From the NCBI GenBank assembly GCA_965215005.1, contig CBDCCZ010000062.1, forward strand, positions 1 through 35,096: a stretch of 35,096 nucleotides of DNA, in the 5' to 3' direction. This document shows positions 9,250-19,175 of this stretch, piece by piece; positions within the stretch are counted from its first letter, which is position 1, and every line of letters begins with the position of its first letter. The DNA is from Kofleriaceae bacterium. GTDB taxonomy: Bacteria; Myxococcota_A; Polyangia; Haliangiales; Haliangiaceae. Both the position numbers and the translations under genes were made by a program. The notes under the pieces are model-generated. The model was not told the DNA's origin. It searched no databases and was given only the letters and a program-made list of their open reading frames with translations.

Positions 9250-11256
9250 TCATGACATCTCGAGCGCGGCTTCTTCGGCGGCCAGCTCCGACTCCAGCGT
9301 CTCGAGCTCCTCGGCGGCCGCTTCCCAGCGTGTCGTGAGCTCCTCGAGCTTGACCTGATCACGCTGAAAGGCACCGAGGAGCTCGTCGCGGCGCGGCGCA
9401 TCGGCATAGACCGCGGGATCGCTCAGCAGCTTCGAGCGCCCGGCCTGCTCACTCTCGAGAGCGGCGATACGCTGCTCGAGCTCCGTGACGCGCTTTTGCA
9501 CGGGGCCAATTTTCTGGCTTCGACGCTTGCGAAGCTCGGCCTCGCGGCGCTTGCGGCTCTTTTCATCCTCACGAGTGCGCTTCTTGGCCGGCTCCGCAGT
9601 CTTGGAGCTAGTGGCCGCAGGCTCGGTGCCGGCAGCCCGAAGCGCGCACGAATAGAGATACTCATCGAGGGTGCCGGGATAGGTCTCGACCCCACCCGCC
9701 TCGACGTTCCAGATGCGGGTCGCGAGCTTGCGAATGAGACTGCGATTATGACTGACGAAGATCAGCGTGCCGTCAAACGTGGTGAGCGAGTCGGCTAAGC
9801 TCTCTGACGACTCGAGATCCAGATGGTTGGTCGGCTCGTCCATCAACACTACGTTGCCGGGCTTGAGCATCAGACGCGCCAGCGCCACCCGCGCGCGCTC
9901 CCCGCCCGAGAGCACCGCGATCGGCTTCTCGACGTCATCGCCGCTGAACAGGAACGCGCCGAGGATCGAGCGAATCCGCGCCGGCGGCGCATCGCCAGCC
10001 ACCTGCGCCACCGCTTGATAGATGGTTTCCTTGGGATGCAGCGTGTCGGCGTGATGCTGGGCGTAATAACCAACTTGCGCGCCGCTGCCGAAGCGAATCG
10101 CGCCGCTATCGGGCTGCAGCTCGCCAGCGATCATCTTGAGGAGCGTGGTCTTGCCGGCGCCATTGACGCCAATGATGCCGATCTTCTCGCCGCGCTGGAC
10201 CCCCAGGTCGAGCTGAGGAAACACCACACGCTCGCCATACGCCTTGCGCAGACCCTCGATACGCACCACCTCGCCGGCGCAGCGATCGGTTGGCGGCAAC
10301 CGGAAGCGCATCACCGAGCGCCGCTGAAACGTCTCCACGTCATCGAGCTTCTCGAGCGCCCGGACCCGGCTCTGCACCGCCTTCGCCTTGCTCGCCTTCG
10401 CCCGGAAGCGATCGACGAACTTCTGCATGTGCTCTTTTTCTCGGGCCAGATTCTTGGCCTTGGCCTCGAGCACCGCCTCTTCCTCTTCGCGGTGCGCGAT
10501 GTACTGCTCATAGTTGCCGCTGAACTGCTTGATCCCCTCCGGCTCGAACGACACCACGCGCGCGATCTGCTCGTTGAGAAACTCGCGATCGTGACTAATG
10601 AGGATGAAGCAGCGCTTGTAGCGCTTGAGAAACTCGGCAAACCACCCGACCGAGGGCATATCCAGGTGGTTGGTGGGCTCATCGAGCAGCAGCACGTCGG
10701 GCTGCTGGAAGAGCAGCGCAGCGAGCACGGCGCGCATCTTCCAGCCGCCGCTGAACTCAGCCAAGTCACGGGTCTTGTCGCCCTCCGCAAAGCCGAGGCC
10801 AGCGAGGATACGCAGCGCCTCGTGCTCACTAAAGAATTGCTCGAAGTGATCGATGCGCTCGTGGAGATCAGCGATGCGTTGCGCGGCATCGAGCAGCTCC
10901 GCTTCGACCGCTTTGCTCCCCTGTGCCGCGGCGATATCGGCTTCCGCAGCCATTAGCTCCTCATCGAGCTGAGTGCGACCCGGCACGCTCGACTGCACGA
11001 AATCCAGAAGCGACTTGCCGCCCTCTACGGCCAGCTCCTGCGGCAGATAGCCGACGCGGGTATTGCGCGCAAAGGTGATCGAGCCGCGGTCGGGCTCCTG
11101 CTGATGCGCCAAGATGCGCAGCAGCGTGGTCTTGCCCGAGCCGTTGGGCCCAATGAGGCCGACGCGATCGCTCTCACCGAGCCGAAGGCCTAGGCCATCG
11201 ACGATGGTCTTGCCGCCAAACGACAGCCCCACGTCTTCCATGACCACGAGACTCAC
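9250..11256 (-). CDS. ABC-F family ATPase (YheS/Uup-like, ribosome-associated)
   Basis: Two ABC domains (GPNGSGKT/FSGGW/LLDEPTNHLD and GVNGAGKT/LSGGE/LMDEPTNHLD), no TM segments, C-terminal coiled coil. Confidence 0.95.
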   Translation of the reverse strand: MSLVVMEDVGLSFGGKTIVDGLGLRLGESDRVGLIGPNGSGKTTLLRILAHQQEPDRGSITFARNTRVGYLPQELAVEGGKSLLDFVQSSVPGRTQLDEELMAAEADIAAAQGSKAVEAELLDAAQRIADLHERIDHFEQFFSEHEALRILAGLGFAEGDKTRDLAEFSGGWKMRAVLAALLFQQPDVLLLDEPTNHLDMPSVGWFAEFLKRYKRCFILISHDREFLNEQIARVVSFEPEGIKQFSGNYEQYIAHREEEEAVLEAKAKNLAREKEHMQKFVDRFRAKASKAKAVQSRVRALEKLDDVETFQRRSVMRFRLPPTDRCAGEVVRIEGLRKAYGERVVFPQLDLGVQRGEKIGIIGVNGAGKTTLLKMIAGELQPDSGAIRFGSGAQVGYYAQHHADTLHPKETIYQAVAQVAGDAPPARIRSILGAFLFSGDDVEKPIAVLSGGERARVALARLMLKPGNVVLMDEPTNHLDLESSESLADSLTTFDGTLIFVSHNRSLIRKLATRIWNVEAGGVETYPGTLDEYLYSCALRAAGTEPAATSSKTAEPAKKRTREDEKSRKRREAELRKRRSQKIGPVQKRVTELEQRIAALESEQAGRSKLLSDPAVYADAPRRDELLGAFQRDQVKLEELTTRWEAAAEELETLESELAAEEAALEMS

Positions 11257-11320
11257 GGCGCACCTTATAGCAGATTCACTGCGTTGCCATGAACGCGTTG
11301 CTGCGTCGGTGGCGGCGCCT

Positions 11321-11326
11321 TACCAT
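11321..11326 (+). promoter_or_regulatory. Candidate -10 hexamer (TACCAT) 6 nt before ATG 11333
   Basis: TACCAT-cgcccg-ATG. The divergent ABC-F gene has TG-c-TATAAG 7 nt before its GTG (11269-11264, minus strand). Confidence 0.5.
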
Positions 11327-11332
11327 CGCCCG

Positions 11333-12307
11333 ATGCAAGCCTGGCGAGTCCACGAGTTTGGCCACTATCGCGACGTCTTGCGCTGGGAGAGCTGCGATGA
11401 GCCCACGCCGCCGGAGTCGGGCGTGGTCATCGAGGTCGCCGCGGCGGCGCTCAACTTCCCCGATCTGCTCGCGATCCGGGGTGCCTATCAGGTCAAGGCG
11501 CCGCTGCCGTTCACACCGGGTATCGAGGCCGCCGGCGTCGTCACCGCCGTTGGTCCCAAGAGTCGCCATCGGGTCGGCGACCGCGTCATCGCCAATCACC
11601 TCTGGGGCGCCTTCGCCACGAAAATGGCGGCCCCGGATCAGTCGTGTTTCGCGATTCCCGCGCTGATGAGCGACGAGGCCGCCGCGGCGCTGCTCGTTGC
11701 CTATCAAACCAGCTATTTCGCGCTGGCGATTCGGACCCAGCTCGGCGCCGATGAAACGCTACTTGTTCATGGTGGCGCCGGCGGCGTGGGCACGGCGGCC
11801 ATTCAGCTCGGCAAGGCTCGCGGCGCCACCGTCATCGCCACCGCCGGCACCGACGATAAGCTGCGCGTCTGCAGCGACGCCGGTGCCGATCACGTCATCA
11901 ACTATCGCGAGCAAAACTTCGTCGAGGCGGTCAAGTCGCTCACCAACGGCCGCGGCGCCGACGTCATCTATGATCCAGTTGGCGGCGACGTCTTCGACCA
12001 AAGCACCCGCTGCATCGCCTTTGGCGGCCGATTGCTGGTCATCGGCTTTGCCAGCGGCCGCATCCCCGAGATCAAAGCCAACCGCATCCTGCTCAAGAAC
12101 ATCGCCGTCATCGGCCTGTTTTGGGGCAACTATCAGCTTCACGAGCCGCAGCTCCTTCACGACGTCCATCACGCGTTGTGCGAGCTCTACGCCGCCGGCG
12201 ACATCAACCCAGTCATCTATAAGACCTACCCTCTCAGCGAGCTGCCTCAAGCCTTGGCCGCTCTCGAGAGCCGCGCGAGCTACGGCAAGATCCTCGTCCG
12301 CCCCTAA
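11333..12307 (+). CDS. NADPH:quinone oxidoreductase (zeta-crystallin/MDR family)
   Basis: LNFPDLL, PFTPGIEAAG, LVHGGAGGVG, DVIYDPVGG, IGFASG, GKILV. Start at ATG 11333 (MQAWRV). Confidence 0.93.
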   Translation: MQAWRVHEFGHYRDVLRWESCDEPTPPESGVVIEVAAAALNFPDLLAIRGAYQVKAPLPFTPGIEAAGVVTAVGPKSRHRVGDRVIANHLWGAFATKMAAPDQSCFAIPALMSDEAAAALLVAYQTSYFALAIRTQLGADETLLVHGGAGGVGTAAIQLGKARGATVIATAGTDDKLRVCSDAGADHVINYREQNFVEAVKSLTNGRGADVIYDPVGGDVFDQSTRCIAFGGRLLVIGFASGRIPEIKANRILLKNIAVIGLFWGNYQLHEPQLLHDVHHALCELYAAGDINPVIYKTYPLSELPQALAALESRASYGKILVRP

Positions 12308-12375
12308 CCGCCTCCCGCTTTCGCCCACGTCGCGTTGGCGGGGGCCCGGTGGTTGCCCGGCGGCGGCGGCTACCG

Positions 12376-12381
12376 TACCTT
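12376..12381 (+). promoter_or_regulatory. Candidate -10 hexamer (TACCTT) 6 nt before ATG 12388
   Basis: TACCTT-agcgcc-ATG, with no SD. Confidence 0.5.
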
Positions 12382-12387
12382 AGCGCC

Positions 12388-12840
12388 ATGGCTCCCAATA
12401 TGCGTCAAGACACGCGCAAGCGCCGGCGAAGCTTCGCTCTGCCGTTCGTGCTCACCATTGCGGCGGCTCCGGGCTGCTACGTCACCAGCGGCTCGAGCGA
12501 TCCGCCGGCAACGACGCAAGAGGAGCCGTCATCGGAGCCGACAGCAGCTGACACCACGCCTGCCGAGCCCTCGAGCGAGCCGCAAGCACCCAATCCGTCG
12601 TCTCCGACGCCTCAGCAGCCGCCCGTGGTGCAGCAGCCGCCGGAGCCGACCAAGCAGCCGCCAATCGTGACCAACAATCCGCCGCCGCCGCAGACGTTGC
12701 CGATGCCGCGCGCCGAGGAGACCGTCACCAAGCATACCGATGGCACCTGCTGGGCCAGCGCGCCGGTTAAGTGTCCCGCGCCGCCGGCGACGTGCAATCC
12801 GCCGCCGCCGCGCCAGGTGCAGTGCCTGGAAGAGAAGTGA
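12388..12840 (+). CDS. Pro-rich putative lipoprotein with Tat-like signal and 4-Cys C-terminal mini-domain
   Basis: KRRRSFALPFVLTIAAAPGC (RR-x-F plus lipobox-like APGC), long P/T/S/E/Q linker, then NNPPPP...GTCW..VKCPAPPATCNPPPPRQVQC. Confidence 0.75.
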   Translation: MAPNMRQDTRKRRRSFALPFVLTIAAAPGCYVTSGSSDPPATTQEEPSSEPTAADTTPAEPSSEPQAPNPSSPTPQQPPVVQQPPEPTKQPPIVTNNPPPPQTLPMPRAEETVTKHTDGTCWASAPVKCPAPPATCNPPPPRQVQCLEEK

Positions 12841-13571
12841 CCTCCGAGGCCCCGCCCGCGACCCCACGGGTACGGCAGGAGTGGGGCCGCCGCGTTCATG
12901 CGGAGTATGCGTCGGCGGCGTTGACGCAAAACTTCACGCTATGGCTGATTCAAATTGGCGCCTCACCCGACCTCATCGATGATGGCCTGCGCATCGTTGC
13001 CGATGAGCTCGCGCATTCGCGCCTGAGTCACCAAGTGTTCCTCGACGCCGGCGGCACCGAGCTGCCCCCGCTCGACCGCACCATGCTCGGCCTGCAACCG
13101 CAACGGCCCGCGCTCGAGGCCGACGTCATCCGCATCGGCGTGGAGATGTTCTGTCTCGGCGAGACCGTGGCGGTACCGCTGTTCTCGCACATGCGCGCCG
13201 GCTGCTCCGCCCCCTCCGCGCGCCGGGCGCTCGACCGCATCTTGCGCGACGAGGTGCGTCATCGCGACTTCGGCTGGTCGCTGCTCGATTGGTTACTCGA
13301 GATGCATCGTCCCGGTGAAATCGTCGCCGCGGTGCAGCAAGAGCTGCCGCTGCTGTTTGCGCAGCTCGAGAGCAACTACGGCGCCGGGCGCAGCGACTCC
13401 GACCAGGTAACCGACGCCGAACGCGCGTGGGGTCTCGTAGCCACTGCCGAATACGCGCAACTATTGGATAAGACCTTCGAGCGCGACTGGCGGCCGCGGT
13501 TTGGCGAGCGCGGCATCGACCCCACGCCAGCGTGGCAGCGCCGCAGCATGAATCTAGCGCTTTCGCCCTGA
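12837..13571 (+). CDS. Ferritin-like (diiron-carboxylate) domain protein
   Basis: HAEY, DELAH, GETVA and DEVRH give an E/ExxH/E/ExxH ligand pattern. The GTG start overlaps the upstream TGA (GTGA). Confidence 0.82.
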   Translation: MTSEAPPATPRVRQEWGRRVHAEYASAALTQNFTLWLIQIGASPDLIDDGLRIVADELAHSRLSHQVFLDAGGTELPPLDRTMLGLQPQRPALEADVIRIGVEMFCLGETVAVPLFSHMRAGCSAPSARRALDRILRDEVRHRDFGWSLLDWLLEMHRPGEIVAAVQQELPLLFAQLESNYGAGRSDSDQVTDAERAWGLVATAEYAQLLDKTFERDWRPRFGERGIDPTPAWQRRSMNLALSP

Positions 13572-13661
13572 GCGTCTCTGCCGGAGCATCTTTGGCGATC
13601 CTTGGCCCCGCGCTCGCCTGCCTTGCGGCGCGGCGGTGCCTTCGTTCATGATGCGCGCGCT

Positions 13662-14624
13662 GTGAAGGTTTTGATAACCGGCGCCGCCGGACAAATCGGC
13701 ACCGATCTAGTCACCACGCTCGCTGCCGAAGGGCACCAAGTCGTGGCGACCGATCTTTGCGTTCCTGCCTCACCCGTTGCGCTCGCGTGGGAGCCGCTCG
13801 ACGTTACCGATCGCGACGCCGTCGAGCGCATGCTGACGCGGCATCGCCCCGACGTCGTCTATCACCTGGCCGCGATCCTCAGCGCGCGGGGCGAAGCGGC
13901 TCCGCAGCGCACCTACGAGATCAATCAAACCGGTACCTATAACGTTCTCGAGGCCTGCCGCACCGGCGGCATCGCGCAGCTCATCTACACCAGCACCATC
14001 GCCGTCTATGGTGCCGGTCTCGCCGATCCCACGCCCGAAGACGTTCCGCTGCACCCCACCACCATGTACGGGGTCACCAAAGCCGCCGGCGAGCTGCTCT
14101 GCGAGTACTATCGCGCGCGCTATGGACTCGATGTTCGCGGAGTCCGGTTTCCTGGCCTCATCAGCGCAGCGCTTCCTGGCGGCGGCACCAGCGATTACGC
14201 CCTTCTCATGTACTATGAAGGTCTGCGCAGCGGCAGCTACGAGGCCTTCTGCCGCCCAGACACTCGCATCCCGTTGATGTACATGCCCGATGCGATTCGC
14301 TCGCTGCGCGAGCTTTCTGCTGCGCCCGCGGCGGATCTCTCGCGCACGATCTACAACGTGGCCGCCATGTCACCCAGCGCCGAGGCCATCGCGCAAGACG
14401 TGGCGCGCGGCATCCCCGACGTCCGCATCCGCTTCGCGCCCGATCCGCCGCGACAGCAGATTCTCGACTCGTGGCCACGGGCGCTCGACGACTCGCTGGC
14501 GCGGCGCGACTGGGGCTGGCAAGCCCACTTCGACCTGCCGCAAATGACCGATGACCTGCTGCCGCGCATCCGCACGGCACTCGATGGGCACCAGCAGCGC
14601 GCCCGCGCCATCACGGGAGCTTGA
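13662..14624 (+). CDS. tdh: L-threonine 3-dehydrogenase, SDR (epimerase/dehydratase-like) type
   Basis: [27 protein letters not shown] (YxxxK), [24 protein letters not shown]. Directly upstream of kbl. Confidence 0.85.
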   Translation: MKVLITGAAGQIGTDLVTTLAAEGHQVVATDLCVPASPVALAWEPLDVTDRDAVERMLTRHRPDVVYHLAAILSARGEAAPQRTYEINQTGTYNVLEACRTGGIAQLIYTSTIAVYGAGLADPTPEDVPLHPTTMYGVTKAAGELLCEYYRARYGLDVRGVRFPGLISAALPGGGTSDYALLMYYEGLRSGSYEAFCRPDTRIPLMYMPDAIRSLRELSAAPAADLSRTIYNVAAMSPSAEAIAQDVARGIPDVRIRFAPDPPRQQILDSWPRALDDSLARRDWGWQAHFDLPQMTDDLLPRIRTALDGHQQRARAITGA

Positions 14625-14626
14625 TC

Positions 14627-15814
<1,188 letters not shown>

Positions 15815-16039
15815 CCGCGTCGCTATCCCGCCCCGGCTGCGCAGCTTCGCGCTGCTGCACCTACCTGATTTGCCACAGTTTCCACAACTTAGCGGTGTAA
15901 CCACAGTCACCGCTCCCACAATCGTTACAAGCGCCGTGGTCGCATTCTTTGCACACCGCGGTTGTCGCGCCACGCGCCTGATCTGGGCCGATGTTGCGCA
16001 GGCTACGGGAATCAACCGGTTTGACCTCGGCTGAGCGAA

Positions 16040-16055
16040 CGGACGTCTTCTTGCT
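16040..16055 (+). promoter_or_regulatory. Sigma54-like -24/-12 motif
   Basis: CGGACGTCTTCTTGCT, 45 nt before ATG 16101. SD AAGGAG at 16084-16089. Confidence 0.5.
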
Positions 16056-16100
16056 CTTGGGGCGGGGCCCGCCCTGGGATCACAAGGAGAACTGATTCGC

Positions 16101-17645
16101 ATGATTGGCCATCGTTTGCTGCTTCTCATCGTTGCCGCCGCCGTCGCACCTAGCGGCTGCGCGACTGACGCACCATCCGCTGTCAACGCGCAAGCGCTTG
16201 GCAACCCACAGATTGAGGCTGCGGAACGTGTCGATCTCGACCGCGGCCGCGATATCTGGTTCGAGAACACCTACGGTGGCGAGAAGTTCTTCGCCTTCCT
16301 CGCGCAACATCCCGATCCTGCAAAGCGGCTCAAGCTGGGCTTTGAAGATATCGTCAACACTCCGCGCGCTGACCGCTTCGAGGTGTGGGGCGTCATCAAC
16401 GACCCAGACTGTCGCGCCAATCCGCAAGGTGGCGCTGACCTGTGTGATACCCCCTCCGCCACCGGCGTGGTGGGCGTTCGCAAGTTTGCCGATGGCAACG
16501 GCGGATTCATCTTCGGAGCGGCGTGCGCATCGTGCCACGCCGGATTCGATCCGGTGAAGCCGCCGATCGATCCAGCCGAGCCCACCTGGGACAACATTCA
16601 CGCAACGATTGGCAATCAGTACCTCGATTTCGGAGCGCTATTTAGCGCGAACCTCGCGCCGACTGATCCGCGCGCGCTCATGTTCAACGGCTGGCCGCGC
16701 GGCGCCGTCGACACCACGCTACTGTTCAACGACAACATCATGAATCCCGGAACGGTGACGGCGTTTTGGGAGCATCCCAATCGCCCGCACTTCGATGTCG
16801 GCTTGGGCGATTCCAAGCTTCGCAACGGTCAAGGCGGCGAAGACGACGTCGGCGGCGATCTCGCAGCACTACGCGTCTACACCAACATCGGCGTGTGCTT
16901 CTTTGAGTGCGTCGCCGGCCCCGCGCAAGCTGAGGCACCGATTGACATCGACACCTGTCGCCAGACCTGCTCCGATTTCCCGCCGCAACGCGATCTCGAC
17001 GACCTAACCGCGTTCCTCGCGAGCATCGAGGCTCCCGAGCTACCGCGGGATAGCCGCCGCGGCTTCCTCTATTACTACGGCCGCTATCAATTCGATCAAA
17101 ACTGCGAAAGCTGCCATGACCGCAGCGGTCGCCAGCGACATGTGCTGTCCAATGATGAGGTCAACCCGCTCGTCGCCGACCCCGCCAATGCCACCAACGC
17201 CTGCCGCGCTCTCACCAGCAACTGGGAAGAAGGGCAGGTCTGGGCACAGTTTTCTTCTGATGGCTACAAGGAGCTCGCTGCTTCGGGCAACAAAGGCTAT
17301 CGCACGATGCCGCTGGCCGGCATCTGGTCGACGACGCCGCTGCTTCACAACCAATCGATCGGCGAGCTAGCTCCCGCCACCGCAACACCTCGCCAGCGCG
17401 CGCTGTATTTCTGGGATGCGATGTGGGAGCTCCTCAGCGATGAGCGTGAGCCCAAGGTGAACACGCTGCCGGTTGCGTTGGGACCGTTCCCCGCAGGCAC
17501 GCCGCTCACCTATGTATTCAGTCGCGATCCGGCCACTGGGCAGCTGCTCTGCGACGATACCGTCGAGAACCGCGGACACTACTTCGGCAGCGAGCTGCCG
17601 GTGTGGGACAAGCTAGCGCTGATTTACTGGCTCCAGTACCAGTAG
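16101..17645 (+). CDS. Di-heme c-type cytochrome lipoprotein, CCP/MauG/RoxA-like
   Basis: Lipobox-like PSGC; two CxxCH (CASCH, CESCH); YRTMPLAGIWSTTPLLHNQSI, resembling the P.L.G.W.TAPYLHNGSV motif; C-terminal NRGHYFG...DKLALIYWL. Confidence 0.75.
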   Translation: MIGHRLLLLIVAAAVAPSGCATDAPSAVNAQALGNPQIEAAERVDLDRGRDIWFENTYGGEKFFAFLAQHPDPAKRLKLGFEDIVNTPRADRFEVWGVINDPDCRANPQGGADLCDTPSATGVVGVRKFADGNGGFIFGAACASCHAGFDPVKPPIDPAEPTWDNIHATIGNQYLDFGALFSANLAPTDPRALMFNGWPRGAVDTTLLFNDNIMNPGTVTAFWEHPNRPHFDVGLGDSKLRNGQGGEDDVGGDLAALRVYTNIGVCFFECVAGPAQAEAPIDIDTCRQTCSDFPPQRDLDDLTAFLASIEAPELPRDSRRGFLYYYGRYQFDQNCESCHDRSGRQRHVLSNDEVNPLVADPANATNACRALTSNWEEGQVWAQFSSDGYKELAASGNKGYRTMPLAGIWSTTPLLHNQSIGELAPATATPRQRALYFWDAMWELLSDEREPKVNTLPVALGPFPAGTPLTYVFSRDPATGQLLCDDTVENRGHYFGSELPVWDKLALIYWLQYQ

Positions 17646-18857
17646 TCACTCAGAGGCGTGGCCGAGGCGAATCAACACCAGCGTGAGGTCGTCTCGGTCA
17701 CCCGCCGCCGCCGAATACTGCTCGATGCGCGCGAGCAGCTCCTGCCGCAACACCTCGAGCGATTCATCCCGCAGCTCATCGAGCCAACCCGCCAAACGGC
17801 GGCGTCCGAGCGCCCGCTGATTCTCATCACGACAATCGATGACGCCGTCGGTGTGCAGCGCCAACAGATCGCCCGGTGCGAGCACCGCCGTGCGCTCGCG
17901 CCGGCTCACCAAACCATTCGGTGACGCACCAAGCAGCGGCCCGGTTGCCGGCAGAACGCGCGGCATCTCTTGCTTGCCCTGCCGCGTTGCCGGCACCAGG
18001 ATCGGCGGGCAGTGACCCGCGCTGGCGAATCGCAGCTCGCCGCGCTCGCTATCCAAGAGTGCATACATGCCGGCCATCGCGCAGGCACCAGCGCCAAGCT
18101 CGGCGACCACGCGGTCGAGCAGCGCCAGCACTCCTGAGGGCGAGCGGCCGATGTTCGCCCGAACCGCTTCGGGACGCTCTGGGTCTAACCGCCCCGCTCC
18201 AAGGTGCATCGACGCCAGCGCACCGGTCATAGCGGCACTGAGCAAACCGGGCCCATAGCCATGTCCTGTGGCATCGCCGACGAATATCGCCAGTTCATTT
18301 CTCGCGGTGCGGCTGAGATGCACGCAGTCGCCACTGGTCTCCTTCGCCGGCCGACAAGCGATGACCACCTCCAGCCCCGGCGCTGCAGTCCGCTGCGGAT
18401 CGACGAACGCTCGCTGGATCTCCCTCGCTTGGTCGACGTCCTGTTGCAGCCGACTGGTCTCGTTCATCGCCTGGCCGATTTCCTCGAGTAGCAGCTCTTG
18501 CGCGCGCCGTAGGCCGCGGTTCTGCTCCTCCAGTGAAAGCACGCGCATCGCGAGACTGCGGCGAGCATCGCGGTCGGGACGGTCGCGCTCGGCTAGCGCG
18601 TGAAACGTATCGAATAGCGTGGCGGCCAGCTGCGACAAATGCGGCTCGCTTGCAACCGCCGCTCGCAACTCGTCTTCGATGCGGCCAGCATGCTCACGCA
18701 GCCAGTCGTCCTGCGCCCGCTCGTCGGGAACCGTCGGTAGCCGCTCCGGCTGCCCCGTGCCCGCTGCTCGCCTACGAGGCACCGGCGCAGCCTCGGGCTC
18801 AGCGTCGTCCTCTTTGGGCGGTGATGGCAACATGGGCACGGCGAACAACGGCGACAA
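17646..18857 (-). CDS. PP2C/SpoIIE (RsbU-like) serine phosphatase with N-terminal coiled coil
   Basis: QAREIQ, TSGDC, VGDATGHG, ASAGH.PP, LHTDGV, DDLTLV. Start taken at TTG 18857, 6 nt after AGGAG (ORF track starts at 18935). Its stop abuts the cytochrome stop with no gap. Confidence 0.88.
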   Translation of the reverse strand: MSPLFAVPMLPSPPKEDDAEPEAAPVPRRRAAGTGQPERLPTVPDERAQDDWLREHAGRIEDELRAAVASEPHLSQLAATLFDTFHALAERDRPDRDARRSLAMRVLSLEEQNRGLRRAQELLLEEIGQAMNETSRLQQDVDQAREIQRAFVDPQRTAAPGLEVVIACRPAKETSGDCVHLSRTARNELAIFVGDATGHGYGPGLLSAAMTGALASMHLGAGRLDPERPEAVRANIGRSPSGVLALLDRVVAELGAGACAMAGMYALLDSERGELRFASAGHCPPILVPATRQGKQEMPRVLPATGPLLGASPNGLVSRRERTAVLAPGDLLALHTDGVIDCRDENQRALGRRRLAGWLDELRDESLEVLRQELLARIEQYSAAAGDRDDLTLVLIRLGHASE

Positions 18858-18899
18858 CAGCGGCTCCTTCGTAGTCGGTGTGACGTTGCTTGCCTTCGG

Positions 18900-18915
18900 T
18901 GCAAACTGCATTCCG
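18900..18915 (-). promoter_or_regulatory. Sigma54-like -24/-12 motif
   Basis: Minus strand CGGAATGCAGTTTGCA, about 43 nt before the proposed PP2C start. Confidence 0.5.
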
Positions 18916-19175
18916 CAGGTGACAATGACTAACATCGCGAATTTGCTATGGCCTCACCCCTGGGCGCGGAATGGAGTGTCCCCTGCGGTCACCCATCTGG
19001 TCGGGCAACTTCGCGAGAACCGCGTTCAATTCTATTGGAATATTCTCAGCTAAGACAGGTGAGGAGACGACCCCCGCCCCTGGAGCGCCCACTCCCAGTC
19101 CCGCGGGCACGCGCGACGAGCGAGTCCGCGTCACCCACTCTTTCGCTCTTCGGCAGGTCTTGCTACCACGCCCCC

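Noticed and set aside
9823..10956. 377-aa plus-strand ORF
   Set aside because: Antisense to the well-supported ABC-F gene; a typical high-GC shadow ORF.
15868..15890. DnaA-box-like TTTGCCACA / GTTTCCACA suggesting oriC
   Set aside because: Each has a mismatch to TTWTNCACA, there is no AT-rich unwinding element, and no dnaA/dnaN/gidA context.
18946..19134. 62-aa ORF upstream of the PP2C gene (possible frameshifted N-terminus)
   Set aside because: No domain-like features. The region is better explained as the divergent promoter region, and PP2C has its own SD.
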